Shown here: one piece after another, positions 52,832 through 64,000 of the stretch
Layout: each line of letters opens with the position of its first letter
Numbering within the stretch: position 1 is the first letter of the stretch
From: Octopus sinensis
Taxonomy: Eukaryota
Assembly: GCF_006345805.1 (NCBI RefSeq)
Contig: NC_043022.1
Location: 24,924,001 to 24,988,000 of the forward strand
Length of the DNA stretch: 64,000 bases
Reading direction: 5' to 3'
Made by a program: the position numbers and the translations under genes
Notes under the pieces: model-generated
The model's database searches: none
What the model was told of the DNA's origin: nothing
Seen by the model: the letters and a program-made list of their open reading frames with translations, nothing else

Positions 52832-53418
52832 AAATGCCCTGATGCAGTACCAGGCAGTGGCTCTGATGGCTGCTGATCTTAACTGATTGGAAGTGTTATC
52901 ATGTACATTGTTTTGTCTTGGTATAAAAGATGGGCTACAGCAAATATTCTGCTCAATACCACAGATTTGCTTGTCAGTTGTTTGACCCAAACCAGTTGAG
53001 CATGTCCCTTAGTGGCTGATGATATGTGCATCTCTGATCACAAGCAGAAGTAGTGGGGGAGCATCACAGCCGTGTGTTGAAAGGAATTCTTAGAGGTTTG
53101 GATAATTCAATTTTGGAAACAGGGGTGGTTCGTTCAACATCCTTAAACAATCCTTATTCAGGGACCTTTTGAGCGGGATAGGCTACTCGACCAAAAGAAA
53201 ATTCTAACTGGGCCCCACCTGTAAGGTCATGCACTGTTTATTTTGATATGAGATCACTATGTTGCGCACATATGGTTGTGATGCATGTGCCTGGTGTACC
53301 CTTATCAGAAGGGTAGTCATGATGGGTATACTGGGCTTCGTATATTTTACCCCAGTGTCACTTTGATGGCATGCACTGCTCTCTCACTCAATAATAATAA
53401 TAATAATAATAATAATAA
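52831..53418 (+). mobile_element. Repeat family F: ~560-bp non-coding element between a (GAT)n tract and an (AAT)n tail
   Basis: Its 3' 168 bp recur at 42490-42657. The simple-repeat tail suggests a retroposed origin. Confidence 0.6.
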
Positions 53419-53428
53419 TTGCAACAAC

Positions 53429-53482
53429 TACGAGAGTGGGTCAAAAAGTAATGCCATTTTATTTAGGATAGCTATAATTACC
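53429..53482 (+). mobile_element. Mariner terminal fragment (TA + TIR)
   Basis: TA CGAGAGTGGGTCAAAAAGTAATGCCATTTTATTTAGGATAG matches the ends of the 40428 and 47262 fragments. Confidence 0.7.
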
Positions 53483-53532
53483 ACACGCCCCCCCCCCACA
53501 CACACATGCATGTATGTATGTGTGTTTGTCTG

Positions 53533-53970
53533 TTATCCAAGAATTTCAACACTGCTTAATTCCAGATCAGAAATTTTTACCAGGTGCAAACATATAGACA
53601 AGTTTCTTTTGTCGTATTGGAGGACACCACCCGCTCCGGACTGAATTGCTGTCCCGCAGACTTTTACACATTTTCTGCTATTTTGTTCTATACCAGCTGC
53701 ATTAATTGTGATTTCTTCAATCAAAGAGGACGTAGATCTTAGTTTTCTTGCGTTTGGTTCTGTCTTCTCGTTCCATTTTTTGCATCATCCTTCTTCGCAT
53801 TTTTCTTCTCATCTTTTCTCATTTTCCCTCTGTTCAATGACATTGTTTTTATATATAAGAGATATATAACGCATTGACAGAGCCTAAAAGATTGCTTGGA
53901 GATACATGGTGTGTTTTATGAATACGCCGAGTTTAAGTATCATAAAAGCATGAAATTATTAGTCGCTCTT
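53533..53970 (+). mobile_element. Penelope-like element C-terminus and 3' region (decayed)
   Basis: STLLNSRSEIFTRCKHIDKFLL resembles the LNKRSELVSKCRHxNKFLL C-terminal motif of PLE ORFs (from memory). Confidence 0.55.
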
Positions 53971-54299
53971 TCGGTTGTGTATTAAATTCACACACACGTA
54001 TGTATGTATATGTAAGTATGTATATACATAAGTATTGGAAATAAATAAAAAAAAAGCTTGTATCCAGGTAAATGGGTATTTCCAATCTATCACTGCTTGT
54101 CACGTCATGTGTGAACTGGAGTCAAACTGTTTTTTCCGATTTAAATGCCATTTTCGAAATTATTCATCCATTTGTTGAAGTTAAATATTACATTAAACAT
54201 AAAACATCCAATTTCTCTGTTTTCCTTTCTAGAATTCAGCTTTCGGGTGTTTTCAACCGTGACTTCTGGCAAAAAGAAATAGTTTACGTGTGCGCTTGT

Positions 54300-54336
54300 G
54301 AGTATATGTATGCATGTATGTATGTGTGTGTGTGTG

Positions 54337-54368
<32 letters not shown>

Positions 54369-54625
54369 TGTATGTATGTATGTATGTATGTATGTATGTA
54401 TGCATGTATGTATATATGTATGCATGCATGTATATATGTATGTATGCATGCATGTATATATGTATGTATGCATGCATGTATGTATGCATGCATGCATGCA
54501 TGTATGTATGTATGTATGTATTTGCATGTGTGTATGTATGTATGTATGTATGTATGCATGTATGCATGTATGACTGCATGAATGTATGTATGTATGTGTG
54601 TGTGTGTATGTATGTATGTATGAAT
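54300..54625. repeat. (ATGT)n/(ATGC)n microsatellite
   Basis: Directly visible. Confidence 0.95.
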
Positions 54626-54982
54626 ATATGTATGTATTATGTATCGATTCTTCGCTTGTTGTTGATAATCCGCGATTAGTGGATTGAAATACCATTTATC
54701 CATGCTACAGGCTTTGTTCATATCTCCAAAACACAAATATTATTTTCTGTAAATTATTTTATATAATAATTTGATATACATTGTTATAATGACAAACTGT
54801 CTTGTAAATAAATATCAACAGAATATATACTGTTTATATTTTACAGGAAACACACACACGTATGCATGCATAATCCATCCATCCATCCGTACACGCGCAA
54901 CATTTATACATGCATTCATGCATTAATATGACCATTTATTCATACATATATATACATGTATACGCATATAGTGATTGCTCCA

Positions 54983-55165
54983 TCACCACAAATGATTGCC
55001 ATCTCTTTGTGCTTCCTCATTGTCATTGGCATTAATCATTTTCCATCCATGACCTCTTGGATGATTGTTCATTTCTGCTGCAGATATGTCTGGTTTGAAG
55101 CACAGGTGACAGACGAAAGAAGTAGGTTTGCAGCAAATCACCACTCTTCTGTCGGTATAAGGCGT
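54983..55165 (-). pseudogene. Isolated C2H2 zinc-finger remnant, probably a LINE ORF2 3' end
   Basis: ATG-less open frame ...FVCHLCFKPDISAAEMNNHPRGHG...LW* with C-x2-C-x12-H-x3-H spacing, followed by a TA-rich tail. Confidence 0.5.
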
Positions 55166-55221
55166 TCAGTAGATGGAAAGACAAATGAAGTCACCATTTA
55201 GAGACATTTGTACATCAGAGG

Positions 55222-55340
55222 TAAAGCAGCGAGCTGGCAGAAACGTTAGCACGCCGGGCGAAATGCATAGCCGTATTTTGTCTGCCATTACGTTCTCAGT
55301 TCAAATTCCGCTGAGGTTGACGTTGCCTTTCATTTTGGTC
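55222..55340 (+). mobile_element. SINE A 5' fragment
   Basis: GCGAGCTGGCAGAAACGTTAGCACGCCGGGCGAAATGC...GAGGTTGACGTTGCCTTTCAT. Confidence 0.85.
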
Positions 55341-55518
55341 CATCTAAAATTCCTGCATTGTTTTTTTGTTGCAAATTGTGTGTACCTACAAAATTTGGGG
55401 AACCATAGCAGTATGTTGTACCCCAGTTAGAGGATTCTTGCTTTAACCCTTTCTAGCATCTATTACAGGATTCATTTTATAAATGAAACAGAAAGAACTC
55501 CTAAATACTATTTTATTA

Positions 55519-55916
55519 TCTATCTATATAAAGCTGAAGTTGTGTGTGTGTGGCAGTTTTGGTAACCTTCAACTAACACTATCTCCTCCGAGACCCTGCA
55601 GCGCAAGTTGACCAAAATTGAGAGTATGATAGAAGAAGGCTTGCTCTTCCTTCTGTAGAAGATAAAATTCAAATCAGACCATGTTAACACCAAAAATTAT
55701 TTACATCAAAAAGGTACTTTCTTACTATGAAAATCCCTATTTTTTACGATTTTTTTACTGTTGTGTCGCCATTTTTCGGTGTATTTCAACCAGAAAAATA
55801 TTCACTTAAAGAGAATAACAAGCTACATAACGCAAAATTTTTACTTTTTCAAAAAATCCCAATTCTAAAGGGTCGAAAAGAAAACAAACCTGAGCAACGC
55901 TAAGCTATACTGCTAG
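55519..55916 (+). mobile_element. Non-autonomous Helitron, family H1
   Basis: A|TCTATCTATATAAAGCTG ... TACTG CTAG|T, collinear with the 19131 copy. Confidence 0.87.
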
Positions 55917-56084
55917 TTATATTTTAAAATTATTTTAAACTTCTTGACTAAATTATGAGCTTAGTTACTCTCTCTTCATCATAATCAACTGAAGGTTGTT
56001 AATGATCAAAAATTTTTTTAAATATCAACCCTTCATTCAGACACAATTAAATTAGGTTCTTGATTAATGACATTTTGTGTGTGT

Positions 56085-56148
56085 ATGCAATGTATGTATG
56101 TATGTATGTATGTATGTATGTATGTATGTATGTATGTATGTATGTATG

Positions 56149-56195
<47 letters not shown>

Positions 56196-56545
56196 TATTT
56201 ATTAATAATCTAGTTTTCCTGTACACCTTCCGATACGTATTATATCAAGAACATTAATTGTTATCCAATTAGCAATAAACTTGATTTCTTCCCCTCTTTC
56301 CTTTCCTTCCTCCTCACAGTTTATTGATAAACGCTTCCATTCGTTGTCATCACTCGAGCCCCCCCCCTCTCTAGATCTGTAACCATTTTGACTAATTCCA
56401 TCCCCTCCGTCAAAGCATCCTCTTTTATTTATATACTTGTATCTGCTGCTGCTGCTACTACTACTACTACGAATACGACGACAACTACCACCACTACCAT
56501 AACTACAGTTACCCTCTAACACCACCACCACCACTGCCGCCGCCG

Positions 56546-56585
<40 letters not shown>

Positions 56586-56670
56586 CACTACCACCACTAC
56601 CGTAACTAGTTACCCTCTACCACCACCACCACTACCACTAGCACTACTACTACTACTACTACTACTAATA
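56085..56670. repeat. (ATGT)n->(ATCT)n compound microsatellite (56085-56190) and (ACT/ACC/GCC)n tract (56440-56670)
   Basis: Directly visible. Confidence 0.9.
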
Positions 56671-56865
56671 TTTTTCATATCACATTCAGAATAAAGCCAC
56701 CACTGGTGAAAATTCGAAGTTCCTGTCGACTGCGTTACAACTCACATACAGACGCGTGTGGCGTACAGAATATTTGGGTTAAAAAATCATCTGGACAGGA
56801 AAATAAGTCTTGCAGCCTTCAACCCTTTTTCCATTCAGCAGGAATTTTATCACAGTATTCTATGT

Positions 56866-57671
56866 TTTTATTTTTTATTTGTTTTGTCACTGGGCTGCGG
56901 TCATGCTGGGGCACCGTCTTGGAGGGTTTTAGTCAAACAAAATCCTTTCTGGTATTTACTTTTTAAGATCTGGTACTTATCCTATCGGATCCTTTTACTG
57001 AACAGCTAAGTTACGGGGACAACACCTGTTATCAAGCGATGGTTGTCAAGGACAAACACAAAGATACCTGTTGTCAAGGACAAGCACAAAGATACCTGTT
57101 GTCAAGGATAAACACAAAGATACCTGTTGTCAAGGATAAACACAAAGATACCTGTTGTCAAGGACAAACACAAAGATACCTGTTGTCAAGGACAAACACA
57201 AAGATACCTGTTGTCAAGGATAAACACAAAGATACCTGTTGTCAAGGACAAACACAAAGATACCTGTTGTCAAGGACAAACACAAAGATACCTGTTGTCA
57301 AGGACAAACACAAAGATACCTGTTGTCAAGGACAAACACAAAGATACCTGTTGTCAAGGACAAACACAAAGATACCTGTTGTCAAGGACAAACACAAAGA
57401 TACCTGTTGTCAAGGACAAACACAAAGATACCTGTTGTCAAGGATAAACACAAAGATACCTGTTGTCAAGGATAAACACAAAGATACCTGTTGTCAAGGA
57501 CAAACACAAAGATACCTGTTGTCAAGGACAAACACAAAGACACACATATAGATATAAGCATACATGATGGTCGCTTCCTCATTCTCGAGGCGATGTCAGT
57601 GCGACGAGCGATGACTGTGCATGAACCGAAGACCACAAGGTTTGGAAGCAAGTTCCTTATCACATAGCCAC
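56866..57671 (-). mobile_element. Old diverged SINE B carrying an internal 28-bp minisatellite
   Basis: SINE B 3' part at 56866-57041 and 5' part at ~57600-57671 (GGAAGCAAGTTCCTTATCACATAGCCAC). Confidence 0.7.
57042..57540 (+). repeat. 28-bp minisatellite, ~18 copies (CTGTTGTCAAGGACAAACACAAAGATAC)
   Basis: GATACCTG at 57063, 57091 and onward. Only C/T variation at one site plus one A/G change. Confidence 0.97.
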
Positions 57672-58159
57672 AATATACGCTATGATTTATAACTTTATCT
57701 GCTTCGAGTTCCGAAATAAAAAAAAAAAAAATTAAATCTTTGTAGACTATTTGAATATATATGCAAGAATAGGGAGTTAAGCAAAAAAAAAATAAAAAAG
57801 TGAAATAACGAAATAAATATTTCTTGTTAAATTTCAGATGAGTTTCGATGTGACCTTTAAACACCCACCACAGAAGCTGGTCGGGGTTTTTGATTTATGC
57901 TTCAATCCAAATACAGACTTAACCTCACTCTCACTCCAGTCTAAACGACATGCTTGAATGATTCCAGATAACAGCAATAAAAGAAAACTATCTTTTATTT
58001 CTTACACCAAATATAAACCAATTCTATTAATAAACCAAAAAAAAAAAACCAGAAGAAAAAGAAAAATGAAGACTGACATCAAATTCAGGCATTCACCTAA
58101 CTTGGACCTTGGTGTTTTTCCTGCCATCTTCATCTTTTCTTCACCCCACCCTCCATAAA

Positions 58160-58600
58160 TCATGATCATCACAGTTATCCCCCCATCCCCATCACAACCA
58201 CCGCAACCATCGTCATCTTCATCCTCCTCCTCCTCACCATCATCATCACCACAACCATCATCATCACCACAACCATCACCATCTCTACCGTCATCATCAT
58301 CACCACCGTCACCATCATCATCATCATCATCACCACTACCATCACCATCTCTACCGTCATCATCATCACCACCGTCACCATCATCATCATCATCATCATC
58401 ACCACTGCCATCACCATCTCTACCGGCATTATCATCACCACTGTCACTATCATCATCACCACCGTCACCATCATCATCATCATCATCATCACCACTACCA
58501 TCACAATCTCTACCGTCATCATCATCACCACCGTCACCACCATCATCATCATTACCACCACTACCATCACCATTACCGTCATCATCACCACCGCCACCAT
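58160..58600. repeat. (CAT/CAC)n tract with a ~66-90-bp higher-order unit
   Basis: Anchor ATCTCTACCG at 58281, 58347, 58416 and 58506. Confidence 0.85.
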
Positions 58601-58989
58601 TAAGTAACACCTACATTGCAACTACTAAACCTCCATCCACAAGCTGATCCTCCAAATATATAAAAGCTTGAAAAACCCAAAGAAAGAAAAGATGCTTTCA
58701 TGTTTGACAAAGTCAATGGCCAGCAAATTTTCGAAGTCACTTTTTTCCTAACCAAATCTTCCTCACTTTAACAAATGGACTTGAACTCCTAGAATCTCAC
58801 ACCATATAGCTTGAAGCAAAATTGAAATGTAAATCTCGTGAAGCACCTTATGTCATCTGAAGAGGCTCTTTTGCACTGTGCGTTGCATCAGGTGCTACTA
58901 CATCATTCCATGCCCACTAGGGAAGAGTGGAAAATGAAGCCGAAACGATTGTTGTCCTAATAAAGGCTTCTTGTTAGATTCCCGCCATG

Positions 58990-59170
58990 ATAGATCGTTA
59001 GCCACTACACACATTTTTTTCTCTCCTTGTTTTCTGTGTCCCTTTCTGTAGAAGAGCATAGGCTCGAAACGTAAAAGACTTTTTCTATTCCTGAGCGTTA
59101 TACTAATACATCTGTTTGTTTTGTACACCACCTATCTTCGTCTTTTGTTTTTTTTCGTAAACTCTCCTAT
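58990..59170 (+). mobile_element. Penelope pLTR-like repeat containing a hammerhead-like motif
   Basis: CTTT CTGTAGA A GAGC ATAG GCTC GAAA CGTA AAAG at 59042-59077. Family assignment from memory. Confidence 0.45.
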
Positions 59171-59329
59171 ACACACACTATATATGCATGTATATGTTAT
59201 ATATACATTGTATGTATATATATATGTGTGTATCTGTATACGACTAGATGTGTATGTGCGTACAACAACAAAGAAAGACGAGGAAATACGAGAAAAATTT
59301 TAACTGTGACATGGACCACACCAATAACT

Positions 59330-60662
59330 GGAAATAAAACTGACCAACAATGACAACAACAACAACAGGAAGGGCAACGACAACGTTCTACCACCATCAT
59401 GAACAACAACAACACCGTCACCATCACCACCAGCGCTGAAGCCACTACCCCAACAGTCACCACTACCACCACCTACACTAGCACCACCACTATCACCGCT
59501 ACCGCCACCACCAGTGCCACCACTACTACTACCACAACCTATTTCTTTATTACCCACAAGGGGCTAAACACAGAGGGGACAAACAAGGACAGACAAATGG
59601 ATTAAGTCGATTATATCGACCCCAGTGCGTAACTGGTACTTAATTTATCGACCCCGAAAGGATGAAAGACAAAGTCGACCTCGGCGGAATTTGAACTCAC
59701 AACGTAACGCAGACGAAATACCGCTAAGCATTTCGCCCGGCGTGCTAACGTTTCAGCCAGCTCGCTATACCACTACCACCATCACCACCACCATACTACT
59801 ACAACCATCACCAGCAGCATAACCACTACCACCACCACCACCATTTTCACTACCACTATACCACTACGGCCATCACATGCAGCAGCAGTAGCAGCACCAC
59901 CACCACTACTACTACCACAACCACCATCACCACCACCATACCACAACCACCATCACCACCACCATACTACTACCACCATCACCAGCAGCAACACCACCAC
60001 CACTACCACTATACCACTACGGCCATCACCTGCAGCAGCAGCACCACCACCACTACTAGTACCACAACCATACCACAACCACCATCACCACCATACTACT
60101 ACCACCACCACTACCACAACCATTTTCACTACCACTATGGCCATCACCTGCAGCAGCAGCACCACCACCACTATCACCACCATCACCACCACCACCACCA
60201 CCATACTACTACCACCATCACCAGCAGCAACACCACCACTACCACCACCACCATTTTCCCTACCACTATACCACTACGGCCATCACCTGCAGCAGCACCA
60301 CCACCACCACCACCACCACCACCACCACCACCACACCACCACCACCACCAATACCACCACCACCACCACCACACCACCACCACCACCACCACCACCACCA
60401 CCACCACCACCACCCCCACCACCACCACCCCCACCACCACCACCACCACCACCATACCACCACCACCACCACCACCAATACCACCACCACACCACCACCA
60501 TCACCACCACCACCACCACCACCACCACCACCACCAATACCACCACCACCACCACCACCACCACCACCACCACCACCACCACCACCACCACCACCCCACC
60601 ACCAATACCACCACCACCACCACCACCACCATCACCACACCACCACCACCACCACCACCACC
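59330..60662. repeat. ~1.3-kb (ACC/CAC)n-rich low-complexity tract, interrupted by a SINE A
   Basis: Directly visible; source of the poly-T/P/H and poly-V/G/W ORFs. Confidence 0.95.
59541..59765 (-). mobile_element. SINE family A
   Basis: ATTTCTTTATTACCCACAAGG ... CAGCCAGCTCGC. Confidence 0.92.
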
Positions 60663-61058
60663 AAGTACTAGTGAAATACTATCTGTTGGTTTTGATTTCT
60701 TCTGTTGAAACATTCGCCATTTTGAATATGTAATTCTTTCGTTGTTTCTATTCATCGTCTGTTCATCCTTTTGAGTGTGGTTCGGTCTGTTTTCGAGTCT
60801 GGGTATGTTGTGTTTGTTTGTCTGTTTGTTTGTTCTTTTGGCTTTTAATTTTGTTTTCCAGTGTCTATTGCGTTTGTGTATGCATGTGTTACACGTGTCT
60901 ACATGTGTTTGTCCCTTTGTGAATATATGCATCTCTCTTTGCATATGTTGCGTACGACGGAAAAATAAATTTCTCATAACCGAGGCGCCATTTTAAATAT
61001 ATGCGCATAAAAATTTGTGTCTTTGTGTCTTTATGTATGTTTCTGCGTATGTGAGAGC

Positions 61059-61760
61059 GTGTGTGTGTGTGAAAGAGAGAGTGTGTGTGTGTGAAAGAGA
61101 GAGTGTGTGTGTGTGAAAGAGAGAGTGTGTGTGTGTGAAAGAGAGAGTGTGTGTGTGTGAAAGAGAGAGTGTGTGTGTGTGAAAGAGAGAGTGTGTGTGT
61201 GAAAGAGAGAGTGTGTGTGCGTGTGTGTGTATGAGTGCAAGTGTATGTATGAGAGGGGGTATGTGTGTGTGTGTGTGTGTGTGTGTTCATATACATGTTT
61301 CGTTGTGTACGAACGTGTGTGTGTGTGAAAGAGAGAGAGAGTGTGTGCGTGTGTGTGTATGAGTGCAGGTGTACGTATGTGTGAAAGGGGAGATGTGTGT
61401 GTCTCTCTGTTTTGTGTCTTTTATATCTGTACATGAATGTGTGTGTGTGTGTGTGCGTATGTGTGAAAGAGAGAGAGACTGTGTGTGCGTGTGTGTGTGT
61501 ATGAGTGCAGGTGTACGTATGTGTGAAAGGGGAGATGTGTGTGTCTCTCTGTTTTGTGTCTTTTATATCTGTACATGAATGTGTGTGTGTGTGTGTGTGC
61601 GTATGTGTGAAAGAGAGAGAGACTGTGTGTGCGTGTGTGTGTATGAGTGCAGGTGTACGTATGTGTGAGAGGGGGGATGTGTGTGTGTGTGTGTGTTCAT
61701 ATACGTGTTTCGTTGTGTACGAAAGTTCCTGCGTTTCTCTGTTTTGTGTCTTTTAATATC
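61059..61760. repeat. 22-bp minisatellite (~7x GTGTGTGTGTGTGAAAGAGAGA) followed by a ~142-bp tandem duplication (~2.5-3x)
   Basis: GAAAG at 61071, 61093, 61115, 61137 and onward. ATGAGTGCAGG at 61359, 61501, 61643. Confidence 0.9.
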
Positions 61761-62072
61761 TGTACATGAATATATGTGTGTGTGTGTGTTGTGTGTGTGT
61801 ATGTGTGTGTGTGTATCGATATGAGTGTATGTGCATGTGTTTCTATGTCTGTGTCAACTCGTGGGTGTTCATCTTCGTTTGCTTGCTGTGAGGACAGGCG
61901 TTTTGATAGAACAGCGAAAGAGTGACGCCATCTCTAATTGTGTCTACCAGCATTTCTGTGGCTTCTTGGCTTTGCCGAGTTTCTAGGAGTTTATGCGAGC
62001 GAGTGCGTGAGTGTGTGCATATAAGTGAGTGCATCTGTGTGAGTAATGTGTGTGTGTGTCTGTGTGTGTGTG

Positions 62073-62110
<38 letters not shown>

Positions 62111-62250
62111 TCTCCTCCACGCATGCGTTTTTGCATGTCTGTCTCTGTTAACGTGTAAATGTTTCGCGAGATGGTCCTTTATTTCAATGATTCCCTAATC
62201 AGCAGAAAGAGTACAGTTTCCTTGACATTTCCAGGCCCCCTCCCCACTAC

Positions 62251-62258
62251 CAGTAGGA

Positions 62259-62294
<36 letters not shown>

Positions 62295-62523
62295 GGTGGT
62301 AGGAGAAGGGGAGGAGGAGGAGGAATAGGAGGAGAAGAGGAAGGGGAGAAGGAGGAGAAGGAGGAGGAAGAGGAAGAGGAAGAGGAAGAAGATGAAGAGG
62401 AGGAAGAGGAAGAGAAGGAAGACGAAGATGAAGAGGAGGAAGAGAAGGAAGAGGAAGAGAAGGAAGAGGAGGTAGAGAAGGAAGAGGAAGAGAAGGAAGA
62501 CGAAGAGGAAGTGGAGGAGGGAA
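62251..62523. repeat. (AGT)n-(GGT)n-(GAG/GAA)n polypurine tract
   Basis: Directly visible. Confidence 0.9.
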
Positions 62524-62679
62524 ACATGTTTTAAGGGCGTGCCAATGTTGGGGTGACATGCGTATTGTTAGTTCGAAGGAGTAGAAACCATTATAGTAAA
62601 GGTATTGAAAACAGGGAGAAGGAACAGCCGCGCTGAGAGTCAGGGGTTTGTCGTGAGTCAGTGATGCAGTTTCATATGT

Positions 62680-62892
62680 CTTTACTACCCACAAGGGGCT
62701 AAACACAGAAGGGACAAACAAGGACAGACACACGGAGGAAGTCGATTATATCGACCCCAGTGCATAACTGGTACTTATTTAATCGACCCCGAAAGGATGA
62801 AAAGCAAAGTCGACCTCGACAGAATTCGAACTCAGAACGTAACGGCAGACGAAATACGGCTGCGCATTTCGCCCGGCGTGCTAACGTTTCTG
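62680..62892 (-). mobile_element. SINE family A (5' end slightly truncated)
   Basis: CTTTACTACCCACAAGGGGCTAAAC ... GCTAACGTTTCTG. Confidence 0.9.
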
Positions 62893-63189
62893 TATGGGAG
62901 TTGTTGAGAAATGAAGAGAGGGCTGGAATAAGATTTTGATCGAGAGGTAAAATGGTACGGAACAGCAACACACGTAGTTACACACGCACACACACGCACA
63001 GCCACACACTCACACAGATACAAACACACAGACAGACAGACAGAGAGAGAGAGGCACAAAGATAGACACACATACATGAGAGACAGAATGGGAATAATAA
63101 ATAATGAATAAATGGGGAGTCAGTGAGAAGAATGAAATAGGGAGTTTGAGTGAAAGCGTAAGAGCTAATAAAGAGACAACTTTTCAAAT

Positions 63190-63410
63190 ATACATCAGGT
63201 CGAAAGAAGACGAAGAGTTTTACAAAAATAAGTCAGTTAGAGGGACAACTAGAAGCACAAAAAGAAACAGAAACTAGACTTACAGTATAATGGATAACTG
63301 AGAGAAGACAGTATGAAATATAGGAAGAAAATGGAGCAAGATTAAAGAGGAAAAACATCAAGAATTACTGAAAGGTGACTGGAATAAACTCCATCAGTTT
63401 CAGTGGGTAC
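63190..63410 (+). mobile_element. Possible decayed LINE AP-endonuclease fragment
   Basis: EDEEFY, IMDN, ENGARL remnants in order; weak by-eye match. Confidence 0.3.
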
Positions 63411-63508
63411 TATGATAGCATTACTTGTAGTTGTGACAGTTACTTTATTAGTCACAAGGGCTCATACTAGCATACATAATAATGTATAAATAAATACAGA
63501 TACAGATA

Positions 63509-63898
63509 CTAGCAGTATCGACCGGCGTTGCTCAGGTTTGTTTCGACCCTTTAGAATTGGAATTTTTGAAAAGTAAAAATTGAGCATTATGTAGCTTGTT
63601 ATTCTCTTTAAGTGAACATTTTCCTGGTTGAAATACACCGGAAAATGGTGACACAGCAGTCAAAAAATCGTAAAAAATAGGGATTTTCATAGTAAAAAAG
63701 AACCTTTTTGATGTAAATAATTTTTGGTGTTAACATGGTCCGATTTGAATTTTATCTCCTACGGAATGAAGAACAAGCCTTCTTCTACCATACTCTCAAT
63801 TTTGGTCAACTTGCGCCGCAGGGTCTCGGAGGAGATAGTGTTAGTTGAAGGATACAAAACCTGCCACACACAGACAACTTCAGCTTTATATATATAGA
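63509..63898 (-). mobile_element. Non-autonomous Helitron, family H1
   Basis: Plus strand A|CTAGCAGTATCGACCGGCGTTGCTCAGG ... CAGCTTTATATATATAGA|T, the reverse complement of the 19131 copy. Confidence 0.88.
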
Positions 63899-64000
63899 TT
63901 AAAATATGGGTGTTAAGAAGACGATGTGGCTAAGGACAAGACAATGTTATAGAAAATGTAGCAGAAGCGGATTGACGATATACAGAGCACATATATGGAA

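Noticed and set aside
57039-57551. 170-aa ORF with a 28-aa repeat
   Set aside because: Artefact of a 28-bp minisatellite (3 x 28 nt) that happens to lack stops.
58002-58647. Asp/Gly-rich and Ser/Pro-rich ORFs resembling biomineral or mucin proteins
   Set aside because: All frames are open because of trinucleotide repeats. No signal peptide or unique coding flanks.
61840-62030. Coding-like stretch LLETRQSQEATEMLVDTIRDG (minus); similar short candidate at 57839-57960 (plus)
   Set aside because: Too short, no recognisable domain, ambiguous frame.

Overview
AT-rich, repeat-saturated eukaryotic genomic DNA. The interspersed repeat families look like those of Octopus or a related cephalopod (recognised from memory, not database-checked). 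I found no intact host protein-coding gene, rRNA, true tRNA gene or CRISPR array. Positions 1 to ~38.5 kb are an array of a 52-bp satellite whose monomer carries two CTAAA-N2/3-TTTAG dyads. The array contains subfamily domains, block duplications, a ~16-copy homogenised burst and an ~8-kb inverted, TE-invaded segment (16-24 kb). That segment holds a 5'-truncated RTE-clade LINE with a C4HC3 PHD-type finger inside its reverse-transcriptase ORF. Positions 38.5-64 kb are a mosaic of tRNA-derived SINEs, non-autonomous Helitrons, hAT and mariner elements, decayed MULE, Helitron-helicase, R4/Dong and Penelope relics, and long micro/minisatellites. Most entries in the ORF track are translations of microsatellites or TE fragments. 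All alignments and motif matches were done by eye.
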